A stretch of 64,000 nt of DNA from Clostridiales bacterium (lineage in GTDB: Bacteria; Bacillota; Clostridia; Oscillospirales; Oscillospiraceae), in the NCBI GenBank assembly GCA_004557735.1, contig SFFV01000010.1, positions 2,403-66,402 of the forward strand, given 5' to 3'. Position 1 is the stretch's first letter. Every line of letters starts with the position of its first letter. The notes under the pieces were generated by a model. That model was not told the DNA's origin. It was given only the letters and a program-made list of their open reading frames with translations, and searched no databases. A program made the translations under genes and the position numbers. This document shows, in pieces, positions 8,462 to 18,395 of this stretch.

Positions 8462-9361
8462 TCAGGCAAGAAACATATCGATATCCTCAACGGTGAGCGC
8501 GTCGTGCAGCGCGAGATCGATCGCATAGCCGACGAGCCGGGCGCTGTCGCGCACGCGGCTGTCAATGTCCCGCGGCGTGACGAAAAGCTCCGTATCCTCC
8601 GGCAAGACGGTCTCCGCGCCGGAGAGATCGGCGCAGAGCGTGCGCGCGTCCACGACCGTCGGCACGCCGACGGCGACGACCGGAACGCCGAGGACGTCCT
8701 CCGTGAGGGCACTGCGCGCGTTGCCGACACCGGAGCCGGGAACGATGCCCGCGTTCGTTACCTGCACCGCGCGGCAGAGCCTCACCGTGTCCCGCGCCGA
8801 CAGCGCGTCCACGGCGATCACGCGGTCGGGGCGAACGAGCGAGACGACGCCGCGGACAAGCGCCGCGCTCTCGATGCCGGTCGTGCCGAGAACGCCGGTG
8901 CGGAAAACGCTCACCGGGCGGAACGCCGCGAACTCCTCCGGCAGGCGCGTTTTCAAATGGCGCGTGACGAGCACGCACGCGACGGCGAGCGGTCCGAGGG
9001 CGTCCGGCGTGATATCCGGGTTCCCAAGCCCGACGACAAGGGCGCTATCGTCCGGTTCCATGGCAAGCTGCGTGCGGATCTCCCGGGCAAGCACGCCGCA
9101 CGCGCGGCGGAAGGCGTCCTCCTCGCGCCGGACGAGCGCGTCGAGCGAGATCGTGACATAGCGCCCTTTTGGTTTACATAATGTATCGGCCGCCTTCTCG
9201 TTGCGTATCTCCACGGTCTCGACGGCGAGACCGTCGCGCGATTCGGACCGCGCCGAAACGCCCTCCGGATCGGCGCCGCGTGTTCTGGTCCATACGTCGC
9301 GCGACTCGCACGCGAGATCGGTCCGGAAAGAATCGTCCAAGAAAATCTCCCCCTGTGCCAT
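8462..9361 (-). CDS. gpr: GPR endopeptidase (spore germination protease)
   Basis: 299 aa with RTDLACES, VVGLGNPDITPDALGP, TGIES, AVDALSAR, GIVPGSGVGN and GVPVVAVGVPTVVDA, colinear with B. subtilis Gpr. Divergent from rpsT as in Bacillus. Confidence 0.85.
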   Translation of the reverse strand: MAQGEIFLDDSFRTDLACESRDVWTRTRGADPEGVSARSESRDGLAVETVEIRNEKAADTLCKPKGRYVTISLDALVRREEDAFRRACGVLAREIRTQLAMEPDDSALVVGLGNPDITPDALGPLAVACVLVTRHLKTRLPEEFAAFRPVSVFRTGVLGTTGIESAALVRGVVSLVRPDRVIAVDALSARDTVRLCRAVQVTNAGIVPGSGVGNARSALTEDVLGVPVVAVGVPTVVDARTLCADLSGAETVLPEDTELFVTPRDIDSRVRDSARLVGYAIDLALHDALTVEDIDMFLA

Positions 9362-9431
9362 ATCTTGTGGTCAGTATTTGAAACCGGCACAAAAGTATGC
9401 AAAATTTTTGCAGAGAAAGCGAAAAAAGTGC

Positions 9432-9460
9432 TTGCAAATTCAAGAATGCTCCTTTATAAT
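9432..9460 (+). promoter_or_regulatory. sigma-A type promoter for rpsT
   Basis: TTGCAA (9432-9437), 17-nt spacer, TATAAT (9455-9460). Confidence 0.55.
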
Positions 9461-9517
9461 AACAAAACGCGGGTTCGTCGATCCGCAGGAGTATTGAATG
9501 GAGGAGGTGGCTAAAGA

Positions 9518-9784
9518 ATGGCCAACATCAAGTCTTCGGCCAAGAGGGTTCTCGTCTCCCGTGTTCGCGCCGAGCGCAACAAGGCGGACAAGTCTGAGCT
9601 CAAGACCACGATCAAAAAGTTTGACGCCGCTGCGACGGAAGGAAATAAGGAGAACGCCGAGGCTGCCTACAAAGCCGCTGTCAAGTCGGTTGACCGCGCG
9701 GTGTCCAAGGGTCTGCTCCACAAGAACAACGCAGCTCGCAAGAAGTCCAGCATGGCTTCCAAGATGAACGCGCTGAGCGAATAA
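9518..9784 (+). CDS. rpsT: 30S ribosomal protein S20
   Basis: 88 aa starting MANIKSSAKRVLVSRVRAERNK..., the typical S20 N-terminus. RBS GGAGGAGG upstream. Confidence 0.95.
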   Translation: MANIKSSAKRVLVSRVRAERNKADKSELKTTIKKFDAAATEGNKENAEAAYKAAVKSVDRAVSKGLLHKNNAARKKSSMASKMNALSE

Positions 9785-9797
9785 TCCTCAAAACCGG

Positions 9798-9830
9798 ACG
9801 ATGCGGCAGGTTCCTGCCGCATCGTTTTTC
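9798..9830 (+). terminator. rho-independent terminator of rpsT
   Basis: Stem ACGATGCGGCAGG / CCTGCCGCATCGT followed by TTTTT. Confidence 0.75.
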
Positions 9831-9952
9831 TGTTATCTTCCAAAGAATTTGCAAATAGGACATATATTACAGCAGAAGATACATTATAATATACAACAGG
9901 CGGAGCGGAGGAGCGACGCAGCCGCACACAAACGAACAACATTTGCGAGGTT

Positions 9953-10855
9953 ATGCTTATGGCCAAGTCCTTAATGATGCTGGTAAACCCCGCCGCCGGG
10001 CGGTCGATGTCCGATCTCAATCTCGGCGCGGCGGTCTCCACGTTTGCTCTCAACGGGTATTGTCCGACGGTATATTATACGACGGCGCCGGGGACGGCGA
10101 CGAAAATCGTCGCGGAGAACGCCGCGAACTACGAGCGGCTCGTGTGTCTCGGCGGCGACGGCACGCTCTCCGATACGATCGCCGGTCTGATGGCGCTGCC
10201 GGAGGAGAAGCGCCCGAAGCTCGGCTACATCCCGATGGGCACGGCGAACGACGTGGCAAACACGCTCGGCCTTCCGATGCGCCAGCCCGCGCGCGCCGCC
10301 GAAATGATCCTCGCCGGAAAGCCGCTGCACTACGACGTCGGCGAGATGGACGGCGTCGGCTTCTTCACCTATATCGCCGCCTTCGGCGCGTTTACCGAGG
10401 TGAGCTACAAAACCGATCAGGAGCTCAAGCGCACGCTCGGCCATCTGGCGTATGTCCTCGGCGGGCTGAACGCCCTTTCGACCATCAAAAGCTACAAAAC
10501 CGTCATCGAGCACGAGAACGGCGTAATCGAGGGCGACTTCATTTACGGCGCAATGTCCAACTCCCTGAGCGTCGCGGGCATGGTGCGTCTGAACGACGAG
10601 CTTGTCGATCTCTCGGACGGGAAATTCGAGGTGCTTCTCGTGCGCCGTCCGAAGGACGTGGCAGAGATCAACAGCATCCTCACGGGCGTGCTGAACAAGA
10701 CCTACGAAAGCCCCTGTCTCACGGTCGTGCAGTCGAGCTTCGTGAAATTCACCTTTGACCAGCCCGTGCCCTGGACGCGCGACGGCGAGGACGGCGGCAC
10801 ACACCGGGAGCTTTGTCTGCGCTCGCACCACCACGCCGTGGATATCTACTGCTGA
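9953..10855 (+). CDS. diacylglycerol / lipid kinase family protein (YegS/DagK-like)
   Basis: 300 aa with ...LVNPAAG..., CLGGDGTLSD and PMGTANDVA motifs. The exact start is uncertain. Confidence 0.8.
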   Translation: MLMAKSLMMLVNPAAGRSMSDLNLGAAVSTFALNGYCPTVYYTTAPGTATKIVAENAANYERLVCLGGDGTLSDTIAGLMALPEEKRPKLGYIPMGTANDVANTLGLPMRQPARAAEMILAGKPLHYDVGEMDGVGFFTYIAAFGAFTEVSYKTDQELKRTLGHLAYVLGGLNALSTIKSYKTVIEHENGVIEGDFIYGAMSNSLSVAGMVRLNDELVDLSDGKFEVLLVRRPKDVAEINSILTGVLNKTYESPCLTVVQSSFVKFTFDQPVPWTRDGEDGGTHRELCLRSHHHAVDIYC

Positions 10856-10873
10856 AACCACAAAATATGGTAT

Positions 10874-10903
10874 ACCGCCGCCGGTTTTCCGGCGGCGGTT
10901 TTC
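10874..10903 (+). terminator. rho-independent terminator
   Basis: 11-bp stem ACCGCCGCCGG / CCGGCGGCGGT with a TTTT loop, followed by a T run. Confidence 0.7.
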
Positions 10904-11030
10904 CATATATGCCCCCGCGCTGCCGCCGCTTCGGGCGTCGGGCGGAGGGCGTTTCGCCATTCTGCACAGTTTCCGAATTTACTTTGTTAAATTTTTTGCA
11001 TAAAAAAATTTTAAAAATTCAAATTTTGTC

Positions 11031-11059
11031 TTGCAATTCGCGTTTTGAGCGTTTATAAT
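11031..11059 (+). promoter_or_regulatory. sigma-A type promoter for the TAXI-TRAP operon
   Basis: TTGCAA (11031-11036), 17-nt spacer, TATAAT (11054-11059), with an A+T-rich UP-like tract upstream. Confidence 0.55.
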
Positions 11060-11149
11060 GCGTCCATACGAAAGAAATTTCCTGCGGCTTGCAAAAATCG
11101 CGGTTTTGCGGGAAAAACATCCGTCAGAATGACAAGGAGGAAAGGAAAA

Positions 11150-12136
11150 ATGAAAAAGATACTGGCTCTGGTTTTGGCGCTGTGCATGGTGTTTGCGCTG
11201 TGCGCCTGCGGCAGCTCCTCGGGTGAGACCGCCCCGGCGGCGTCGGGCGTTTCGCTGAACGTCGGCACCGGCGGCGAAAGCGGCACCTATTACGGCTACA
11301 CCGGCATCCTCGGCACCGTGATCGGGCAGAAGACCGATATCAAACTCACGGTCGTCGCGACCGGCGGCTCCAAGGATAACCTCGTGAGCATGCAGGACGG
11401 CATGTACGATCTTGCGACCGTGCAGTCCGACGTTATGACCTACGCCTACAACGGCACGAACTCCTTTGCCGACTCCGGCAAGATCGACGGCTTCCGCGTT
11501 CTGTGCGCCCTGTATCCCGAAACGGTGCAGATCGTCACGACCGATCCCTCGCTCAAGACGGTGGAAGACCTGCGCGGCAAGCGCGTGTGCGTCGGCGACG
11601 TCGGCAGCGGCACCTACTTCAACGCCCTCGACGTGTTCGCCGCCTACGACATGACCATCGACGATGTTTCTCCCGTGTACCAGTCCTTCGGCGACAGCGC
11701 CGAGAGCCTCAAGGACGGCAAGATCGACGCCGCGTTCCTCTGCGCCGGCGCGCCGACCCCGGCCGTCACCGAGCTCGCCGCTTCCAAGACCGTGTACATG
11801 ATCGGCTTTGACGACGCGCACATGGAAAAGCTGCTCGCGGCCTGCCCGTGGTACGCCAAGCTCGTTCTCCCTGCCGGCACCTACGCGGGGTATGACGAGG
11901 ACTGCGCCACCATCACCGTGAAAGCCACGCTCGTCTGCCGCGCCGATCTCGACGACGACACCGCCTACACCATCGTCAAGACCATCATGGAAAGCAAGGA
12001 CGACATCGTCGCCCTGCACGAGAAAGGCAACAGCATCGATCTGACCTTTGCCACCGAGGGCATCGCCGTTCCGTTCGCTGCGGGCGCTGCGAAGTACTTC
12101 GCCGAAAACGGCATCACCGTCGAGACTGCCGGCTGA
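11150..12136 (+). CDS. TAXI-family TRAP transporter solute-binding lipoprotein
   Basis: ORF 11045..12136 trimmed to ATG 11150 (AAGGAGG at 11134-11140). Lipoprotein signal MKKILALVLALCMVFALCACG and TAXI-like ...GGESGTYYGY...GGSKDN... motifs. Confidence 0.8.
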   Translation: MKKILALVLALCMVFALCACGSSSGETAPAASGVSLNVGTGGESGTYYGYTGILGTVIGQKTDIKLTVVATGGSKDNLVSMQDGMYDLATVQSDVMTYAYNGTNSFADSGKIDGFRVLCALYPETVQIVTTDPSLKTVEDLRGKRVCVGDVGSGTYFNALDVFAAYDMTIDDVSPVYQSFGDSAESLKDGKIDAAFLCAGAPTPAVTELAASKTVYMIGFDDAHMEKLLAACPWYAKLVLPAGTYAGYDEDCATITVKATLVCRADLDDDTAYTIVKTIMESKDDIVALHEKGNSIDLTFATEGIAVPFAAGAAKYFAENGITVETAG

Positions 12137-12221
12137 TCCTCCCGGCCGTCTCAAGCCATAGGGGAGGGGCTTTGCCCCTCCCATTGCACATATACAACGA
12201 GTCTTTTCGGGAGGTTCTCCT

Positions 12222-14147
12222 ATGTCTCACGACGCGACAAAAAATCTGAACGAGGTCATGCGCAAATATGACCGCGAATCGAATACCCGCGCCTGGGAGG
12301 GCAAGCCGAAGATCGCCGTGCAGGCCTATCTCGCGGCGTTCGCCGTTTTCGAGGTGTATGTAACGCTGTTCGGCACGATGCTCGACGAGGTGCGGCTCAC
12401 GTCGTTTGTCGGCGGGCTTCTGATCGCGGGCTTTCTCATCTACCCCAGCCACAAGCACGAATCCCGCGTAAACTTCGTCCCCTGGTACGACTGGGTCATC
12501 ATGGCGCTCGGCGCGGCTTCGTTCCTGTATTTCTGCTTCAACGCCAATACCATCGTGCAGCAGCTGCCGGCGCTTAAGCCGTATGAGGTCGCGCTCGGCG
12601 TGATCGGCATTCTCTCGCTTTTTGAGCTGTGCCGCCGGAGCACCGGCGTGCCCATCATGGTCGTGGCGGGCGTCTTTATCGTGTACGCGCTCTATTACTA
12701 CGGCGTCAAGCGCGGTCTCGGCGCCGGGGCGTTCAAATCGCTCATCTGCTCGCTCTTCTATAAAAAGACGGGCATTCTCTCCACGCCGATCAACGTCTGC
12801 TCCAAGTACATCGCGGTATTCATCATCTTCGGCGCGTTTTTGGAGCGCACCGGTATTTCCGGTTTCTTTATCAAGCTCGCCAACTCCCTCGCCGGCTCGT
12901 CCGCGGGCGGCCCGGCAAAGGTCGCCGTCATTTCGAGCGCCCTGTGCGGCATGGTGTCCGGCTCGTCCGTCGGCAACACGGTCACGACCGGCAGCGTCAC
13001 GATCCCGATGATGAAAAAGACCGGGTACAAGGGCGAGTTTGCCGGCGCGGTCGAGGCGGCGGCCTCCACCGGCGGGCAGATCATGCCCCCGATTATGGGC
13101 GCGGCGGCGTTCCTCATGGTGGACTATGTATCTCTGCCGTACTCGAACATCGTCGTGCGCGCCATTCTCCCTGCCGTGCTGTACTTTACCGGCATATTCA
13201 TCTGCGTGCATCTGGAAGCGAAAAAAACCGGTCTGCAGGGCGTGCCGCGCAGCGAGCTGCCGCCCGTGCTGCCGCTCTTGAAAAAGTCGTACCTGCTGCT
13301 GCCGCTGGTGATCCTGGTGTATCTCGTTTCGTCCGGCAGCCGGACGATGGCGTTTGCCGCGGCGGTCGCCACGGTCGCCGCCATCGCCGTGAGTATGTTC
13401 GCGAAGGATACGCGCATGACGCCGAAGCGCTTCTTTGAGGCGCTCGCCGCCGGAACGCAGGGGTGCATTTCGGTCGGCGTTGCGTGCTGCGTGGCGGGCA
13501 TCGTTGCGGGCTGTCTCACGATGACCGGCCTTGCCAACCAGATCCTCCAGGCTATCATCGGCGTTTCCGGCAACGCGAAGCTCCTCGCGCTGTTCCTCAC
13601 GATGCTCTGCTGCATCGTGCTCGGCATGGGCGTGCCGACGACCGCCAACTACTGCATCATGGCCACGACCTGCGCGCCGATCCTTGTACAGATGGGCATT
13701 CCCACCGTTGCGGCGCACTTCTTCGTGTTCTACTTCGGCATCGTCGCGGACCTCACGCCGCCGGTCGCGCTCGCGGCCTATGCCGGCGCTGCCATTGCCG
13801 GCGCAAATCCGATGAAAACCGCCTTCAATGCGACGAAGCTCGCCATTGCGGCGTTCATCATCCCGTACATTCTCGCCTACAACCCCGCGATGGTGCTCGT
13901 GGACACAACCGTTGCGGAGGTCCTCTCGATCGCCGTCACGTCGCTCGTCGGTATGTTCGGCCTCGGCATGGCGCTCGAGGGCTTTTACCGGGGGAGCATT
14001 CCCTGGTATCTGCGCATTCTCTCGGCCGCGGGCGGGCTGTGCCTTGTATACCCCGGCGCGGTGACGGACGTGATCGGCGTCGTCGTTGTCGGCACGATCA
14101 TCGTCCTGCAGCTTTTCAAGGAGAAGAGGGCGCGGAAAGCGGCATAA
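12222..14147 (+). CDS. TRAP transporter fused permease (TAXI-associated DctQM-type)
   Basis: 641 aa, highly hydrophobic with more than 15 predicted TM segments. Lies immediately after the TAXI binding protein. Confidence 0.8.
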   Translation: MSHDATKNLNEVMRKYDRESNTRAWEGKPKIAVQAYLAAFAVFEVYVTLFGTMLDEVRLTSFVGGLLIAGFLIYPSHKHESRVNFVPWYDWVIMALGAASFLYFCFNANTIVQQLPALKPYEVALGVIGILSLFELCRRSTGVPIMVVAGVFIVYALYYYGVKRGLGAGAFKSLICSLFYKKTGILSTPINVCSKYIAVFIIFGAFLERTGISGFFIKLANSLAGSSAGGPAKVAVISSALCGMVSGSSVGNTVTTGSVTIPMMKKTGYKGEFAGAVEAAASTGGQIMPPIMGAAAFLMVDYVSLPYSNIVVRAILPAVLYFTGIFICVHLEAKKTGLQGVPRSELPPVLPLLKKSYLLLPLVILVYLVSSGSRTMAFAAAVATVAAIAVSMFAKDTRMTPKRFFEALAAGTQGCISVGVACCVAGIVAGCLTMTGLANQILQAIIGVSGNAKLLALFLTMLCCIVLGMGVPTTANYCIMATTCAPILVQMGIPTVAAHFFVFYFGIVADLTPPVALAAYAGAAIAGANPMKTAFNATKLAIAAFIIPYILAYNPAMVLVDTTVAEVLSIAVTSLVGMFGLGMALEGFYRGSIPWYLRILSAAGGLCLVYPGAVTDVIGVVVVGTIIVLQLFKEKRARKAA

Positions 14148-14243
14148 AGCCTTCGCCCGGCGCCAAGCCCGCCGCGGCAGCCGTGTCGGAATATGCCCCG
14201 CCGCACCGGAGGCTCTGCTCCGCTCACAGGGAAAACACACGGT

Positions 14244-14283
14244 TAAGACGCAGCCGATATTCTAAGCTGCGTCTTATTTTTTG
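14244..14283 (+). terminator. rho-independent terminator of the TRAP operon
   Basis: 11-bp stem TAAGACGCAGC / GCTGCGTCTTA followed by TTTTTTT. Confidence 0.75.
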
Positions 14284-14371
14284 TTAAAATTCAATAAAAA
14301 TTCACGCATTCCCCGGGCCGGGGTGCTATCATAAATAAGATGCTCCGGCCATTTGGAAAGGATCTTGCTCC

Positions 14372-17300
14372 ATGACCTCTTTCAGCGTGAAAAAACCGTT
14401 TACCGTGTTCGTCGCGGTGGTCGCCGTTTTGGTGTTCGGCGTGATGTCGTATGTCAAAATGACCCCCGATCTGATGCCGAACATGGACTACCCCTACGTC
14501 GTTGTGGTGACGACGTATCCGGGCGCCGCCCCGGAAGAGGTCGAGGCGGTCGTTACAAAGCCGATGGAGCAGAGCATGGCGACGCTCAACGATATCAAGA
14601 CCGTGACGTCCACCTCGGCGGAGAACTATTCGATGCTTGTCCTTGAATTTGAGCAGGACACGAACATGGACAGCGCCGTGGTGGATATTCTCCAAAAAAC
14701 GCAGCTGCTCGCCGGCGGCTGGGATGACGCGGTCGGCACGCCGAGCATCGTGCGCATCAACCCGAACATGATCCCCGTGATGGTTGCGGCGGTCGATTCC
14801 TCCGAAATGGACCGCTATGAGCTCTCGCGCTTTGCCGGGGACACCGTGATCCCCGCGCTTGAGGGCACGACCGGCGTGGCGAGCGTCACGGCCGGCGGCA
14901 TGATCGAGCGGACGATGACCATCGAGATCAACGAGAAAAAGCTCGACAAAATGAACGAGAAGATCGCCGACGCAATCAATGCCGCGATGGAGGACGCCCG
15001 AGCGCAGCTGGAGGATGCGCAGAAGGAGCTGGACGAAAACCGCGGCGCGGTAGAAGCCGGGACGAATCAGCTGCTCGGCGCTTCGAGCGGCATCACCGAG
15101 TCCATCAAGCAGGGCGAAGCCGATCTCGCCGATACGGTCACAGCCGCCGGAGAGAGCGCTGTAAAGCTCGCCGCGGCCCGCGCCGCCATCGACCTTTTGA
15201 AGACGCAGCTTACGGAGGCGGAGAACGCCCTTGCCGCGGCCGAGGCGCAGCTCGCCGAGACGGACGCGCGCATCGTCTCGCTCGAAGCGGACAGCGCGCT
15301 TTACGCCAAAGCGCTCGGCGAGCCTTACGACTCCATGGACGCCTCCACGTCGCTGGAGGACGCCGGGCTGGACGCGGATACGGTCGCCGCGCTCAACGCC
15401 AAAGGCTGCACCGATCTCGGCAGCGTCCGCACGCGGAACGAGCTGAACGACGTGAATCTCTCCGCGCAGCGCACCGCCCGCGCGGCGCAGGCCGTCGCCG
15501 TGGAAACGGCGCGCGTGCAGGTCGAGGAGCTGCGCACGCAGATCGCCGAGGCGGAGGAAGAATACGCCCGGCTGGAGGAGGACTCCAAACAGCAGATGGA
15601 ATCGCTCGAAGCGCTGCAAAAGCAGCTTGAGGAGCTTCCCGCCGAGCTTATGGGCGGCGTGACGCAGATCTCGCTCGCCGGCGGCCAGCTCGCCGCGGCG
15701 CAGACCGCGCTCACGAGCGCGCAGGCGCAGCTCGATGCGGCGGTGCAGACGCTGGAAGATCAGCTTGCCTCCGCGCTTGACGCCGCGGATCTCCACAGCG
15801 TCCTCACGCTGGAAACGGTGAGCAGCCTCGTCGCCGCGCAGAATCTCGACATGCCCGCCGGGTATGTGTACGACGAAAAGGGCAACGGCGTCATCGTGAC
15901 CGTCGGCGACGCCATCGCCGACGGCGAAGAGCTGGAAAATCTCGTGCTGTTCGATCTCGGCATCGAGGGGCTGGACCCCATCCGCGTGTGCGACGTGGCG
16001 GACGTTGTCCGCGCCGATAACGGCAGCGAGATCTATGCCTCGCTCAACGGCAACAGCGGTCTTATCCTCATGTTTTCCAAGCAGTCGAACTACGCGACGG
16101 CGAAGGTATCCGATAACATCCGCGCCGTCTTTGACGAGCTGAGCGCGCAGCATCCGGGGCTGACGTTTACCGCGCTCATGGACCAGGGCGATTACATTTA
16201 CCTCCTGCGCGACTCGATCCTTTCGAGCCTTCTCTGGGGCGCGCTCTTCTCGGTCGTCATCCTCTTCCTCTTCCTGCGCGACTGGCGGCCCACGGTCATC
16301 ACGCTCTGCTCGATCCCGATCAGCCTGCTCTTTGCGTTCACGCTCATGTATTTCACCGGCGTTTCCGTCAACATCATGTCGCTCTCCGGTCTTTCGATAT
16401 CGGTCGGCATGCTGGTGGATAACTCCGTCGTCGTTATCGAAAACACGTACCGCCTGCGCGCGCTCGGCGAATCGACCGTCAAGTCTGCCGTGTCCGGCGC
16501 AAGACAGGTCGGCGGCGCGATCGCGGCCTCCACGCTCACAACGATCTGCGTGTTTATCCCGATCGCGTTCGTCGAGGGCCTTACGCGCGAGCTCTTCACC
16601 GATATGGTGCTCACGCTCGGCTACTCGCTCATCGCCAGTCTCATCGTTGCGCTCACGCTCGTCCCGGCGCTGGCAAGCCGGCTGCTCGCGCACGCGAAGC
16701 CCCAGAGCGAGACGGCGTTCACGCGCTTCATGCCGAAGTACAAAAAGTCCGTTCTCTGGGCGGTGCGGCACAAGGCCGTCACGCTGCTCACCGCGGTGGC
16801 GCTGCTTGCCGCGAGCGGCGCGGCGGTGCTCACAAGGGGCTTCACGTTCCTCCCCGATATGGAAATGGAACAGATGATGGTAACGCTCACGATGCCGGAG
16901 GGCAGCTCCTTTGCCGAGACGACCGCCGCGGCGGACGAGGCGGCGGCGCGGATGCTCGCCGTGCCGGGCGTCGAGACCGTCGGCGGCACCGTCGGCGACA
17001 GCGCCGGATCGGGCCTTTCCCTTTCGGCCTCCGACGGCGACGTTTCGTTCTACGTCCTGCTCGAAAAGGGATATAAGGCCAGCCGCGTCGCCGGAGAGAT
17101 CAACGAGAAATGCGCCGACATGGACGCCGAAGTGAACGCGGATGCGAACTCGCTCATGTCCTCCATGATGCAGATGCTCTCCGGCAGCGGCATCACGGTG
17201 CGCGTATACTCCAACGATCTCGACGATCTGCGCGAGACCGCCGACGCCGTGGCCGGCGTGCTGCGCGGCGTGGAGGGCACGGAGAACGTCTCCGCCGGGG

Positions 17301-18304
17301 AAGAGGCGCCCACCGCCGAGCTGCATTTCACCGTGGACAAGGAAAAGGCGGCGAAGGAACAGCTCACCGTGGCGCAGGTATATATGCAGGTGGCCAAGGC
17401 GCTCGCCGGCTCGGCGGATCTCCTCGAGCTTACGGACGGCGGCGATACCTACGCCGTCAGCGTCCAGACCGCCGGGAAGGACAAGATTACGCCCGAGTAC
17501 GTCCGTTCGCTCACATTCGACGTGACGGCGAAGGACGGCACGGTGCATTCCGTCGCTCTCCGGGACATTGCGACGGTCGAGGAGACCGAAAGCCTTTCGA
17601 GCATCCGCCGTCTGAACCAGCGCCGGTATCTTGACGTGACCGCCGATATCGCCGAGGGCTGCAATGTCACGCTCGTAACGGACGCCGCCGAGGAAGCGCT
17701 CGCCTCGTTCTCCCCGGCGGACGGCACGAGCGTCGGCTTTACCGGCGAGCGCGAATCCATCGTCGAGGCGCTCAAGCAGCTCATGATCATGCTCGCGGTC
17801 GGTATTCTGCTCGTGTATCTCGTGATGGTCGCGCAGTTCCAGGATCTCAAATCGCCGTTCATCGTCATGTTCACGATCCCGCTCGCATTCACCGGCGGCT
17901 TCCTCGCGCTGCTCGTCGCGGGGATGGAGATCAGCCTGCTCTCGATGCTCGGCATGATCATGCTCGTCGGCATCATCGTGAACAACGGCATCGTGCTCGT
18001 GGACTACATCAATCAGCTGCGCATCGGCGGCATGGACCGGCGCGAGGCGATCGCGGAAGCCGCCGTCACCCGTCTGCGCCCGATCCTCATGACGAGCATC
18101 ACGACCATCCTCGGTCTCATCGTCATGGCGCTCGGCCAGAGCGAGGCGACGTCGCTCATCCAGCCGCTCGCCGTAACGTGCATCGGCGGACTGCTGTACG
18201 CCACGCTCATGACGCTCTACGTCGTGCCGGTCATGTACGACGCGCTCTCCAAAAAGGAGCTCTACCGCGTGGACGAGGCCGACCTTGCGCTGAGCGAGAA
18301 ATGA
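14372..18304 (+). CDS. RND-superfamily efflux permease (AcrB/SwrC-like) with a ~285-aa coiled-coil insertion in the first extracytoplasmic loop
   Basis: 1310 aa with N-terminal MTSFSVKKPFTVFVAVVAVLVFG and two 6-TM bundles (around residues 640-800 and 1130-1300). Residues ~190-475 are heptad-rich, Ala/Glu/Gln/Leu-dominated sequence. Confidence 0.85.
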   Translation: MTSFSVKKPFTVFVAVVAVLVFGVMSYVKMTPDLMPNMDYPYVVVVTTYPGAAPEEVEAVVTKPMEQSMATLNDIKTVTSTSAENYSMLVLEFEQDTNMDSAVVDILQKTQLLAGGWDDAVGTPSIVRINPNMIPVMVAAVDSSEMDRYELSRFAGDTVIPALEGTTGVASVTAGGMIERTMTIEINEKKLDKMNEKIADAINAAMEDARAQLEDAQKELDENRGAVEAGTNQLLGASSGITESIKQGEADLADTVTAAGESAVKLAAARAAIDLLKTQLTEAENALAAAEAQLAETDARIVSLEADSALYAKALGEPYDSMDASTSLEDAGLDADTVAALNAKGCTDLGSVRTRNELNDVNLSAQRTARAAQAVAVETARVQVEELRTQIAEAEEEYARLEEDSKQQMESLEALQKQLEELPAELMGGVTQISLAGGQLAAAQTALTSAQAQLDAAVQTLEDQLASALDAADLHSVLTLETVSSLVAAQNLDMPAGYVYDEKGNGVIVTVGDAIADGEELENLVLFDLGIEGLDPIRVCDVADVVRADNGSEIYASLNGNSGLILMFSKQSNYATAKVSDNIRAVFDELSAQHPGLTFTALMDQGDYIYLLRDSILSSLLWGALFSVVILFLFLRDWRPTVITLCSIPISLLFAFTLMYFTGVSVNIMSLSGLSISVGMLVDNSVVVIENTYRLRALGESTVKSAVSGARQVGGAIAASTLTTICVFIPIAFVEGLTRELFTDMVLTLGYSLIASLIVALTLVPALASRLLAHAKPQSETAFTRFMPKYKKSVLWAVRHKAVTLLTAVALLAASGAAVLTRGFTFLPDMEMEQMMVTLTMPEGSSFAETTAAADEAAARMLAVPGVETVGGTVGDSAGSGLSLSASDGDVSFYVLLEKGYKASRVAGEINEKCADMDAEVNADANSLMSSMMQMLSGSGITVRVYSNDLDDLRETADAVAGVLRGVEGTENVSAGEEAPTAELHFTVDKEKAAKEQLTVAQVYMQVAKALAGSADLLELTDGGDTYAVSVQTAGKDKITPEYVRSLTFDVTAKDGTVHSVALRDIATVEETESLSSIRRLNQRRYLDVTADIAEGCNVTLVTDAAEEALASFSPADGTSVGFTGERESIVEALKQLMIMLAVGILLVYLVMVAQFQDLKSPFIVMFTIPLAFTGGFLALLVAGMEISLLSMLGMIMLVGIIVNNGIVLVDYINQLRIGGMDRREAIAEAAVTRLRPILMTSITTILGLIVMALGQSEATSLIQPLAVTCIGGLLYATLMTLYVVPVMYDALSKKELYRVDEADLALSEK

Positions 18305-18318
18305 AATTCCCGCGGAAG

Positions 18319-18348
18319 TCCCCGTGCTCTTGAAACCGTGGGGATTTT
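18319..18348 (+). terminator. probable terminator of the RND gene
   Basis: 8-bp stem with two G-U pairs (TCCCCGTG / CGTGGGGA) followed by TTTT. Confidence 0.4.
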
Positions 18349-18395
18349 CGGTTAAAATGAAAAACGCAAGCGATTTCTCGGAGGAGGTCATCTCT

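Noticed and set aside
9362-9431. Forespore (sigma-F/G type) promoter for gpr (GCATA-N15-CAAATACT on the minus strand)
   Set aside because: The match to the GNATR / CATNNTA-type consensus is weak and its spacing is ambiguous. This is not enough to report as a feature without comparative or transcript data.
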